64,000 nucleotides of DNA, taken from the NCBI RefSeq assembly GCF_009914755.1, contig NC_060925.1; one strand, 5' to 3'. Both the position numbers and the translations under genes were made by a program. Below the pieces are notes generated by a model, which saw nothing but the letters and a program-made list of their open reading frames with translations, searched no databases and had not been told where the DNA came from. The first letter of the stretch is position 1, and each line of letters starts with the position of its first letter. Origin of the DNA: the human T2T-CHM13v2.0 reference genome, Homo sapiens. Below, piece after piece: positions 63,919-64,000 of this stretch.

Positions 63919-64000
63919 ATGTTTTCTTTATCTGTTCATCTGTTGATTCCATATCTTGGCTATTGTGAATAGTGCTGCAATATGCATGTTGGTGCTGATA

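Overview
Primate (very likely human) genomic DNA holding the 5' end of XPR1 (SLC53A1, the SPX-EXS phosphate exporter and xenotropic/polytropic retrovirus receptor) on the + strand. It contains a CpG-island promoter, coding exon 1 (1215-1283, [23 protein letters not shown]), a ~50.2 kb intron 1, the 52-nt exon 2 (51473-51524, AFKDMLYSAQDQAPSVE) and the start of intron 2. Exon 3 is not in the window. Nearly everything else is transposable-element sequence: about 25 Alus or Alu fragments, a near-full-length Charlie3-type hAT transposon, MER1 and MER44 MITEs, several solo LTRs, a full-length old L1 nested in an older L1 with further nested inserts, and a 5'-truncated L1PA. Almost all ORFs in the track are repeat-derived or chance. 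I see no evidence of a new multi-gene system. The most interesting observations are (1) two upstream ORFs in the XPR1 leader, one overlapping the main start and stopping 1 nt before the first splice donor, (2) an AluY with a 67-73 bp target-site duplication, (3) a four-level nested TE stack with intact TSDs and a possible 3' transduction, (4) a composite L1/(CCTT)n VNTR, and (5) a template-switch hairpin inside an Alu. Repeat subfamily names are from recall of consensus sequences and repeat boundaries are approximate.
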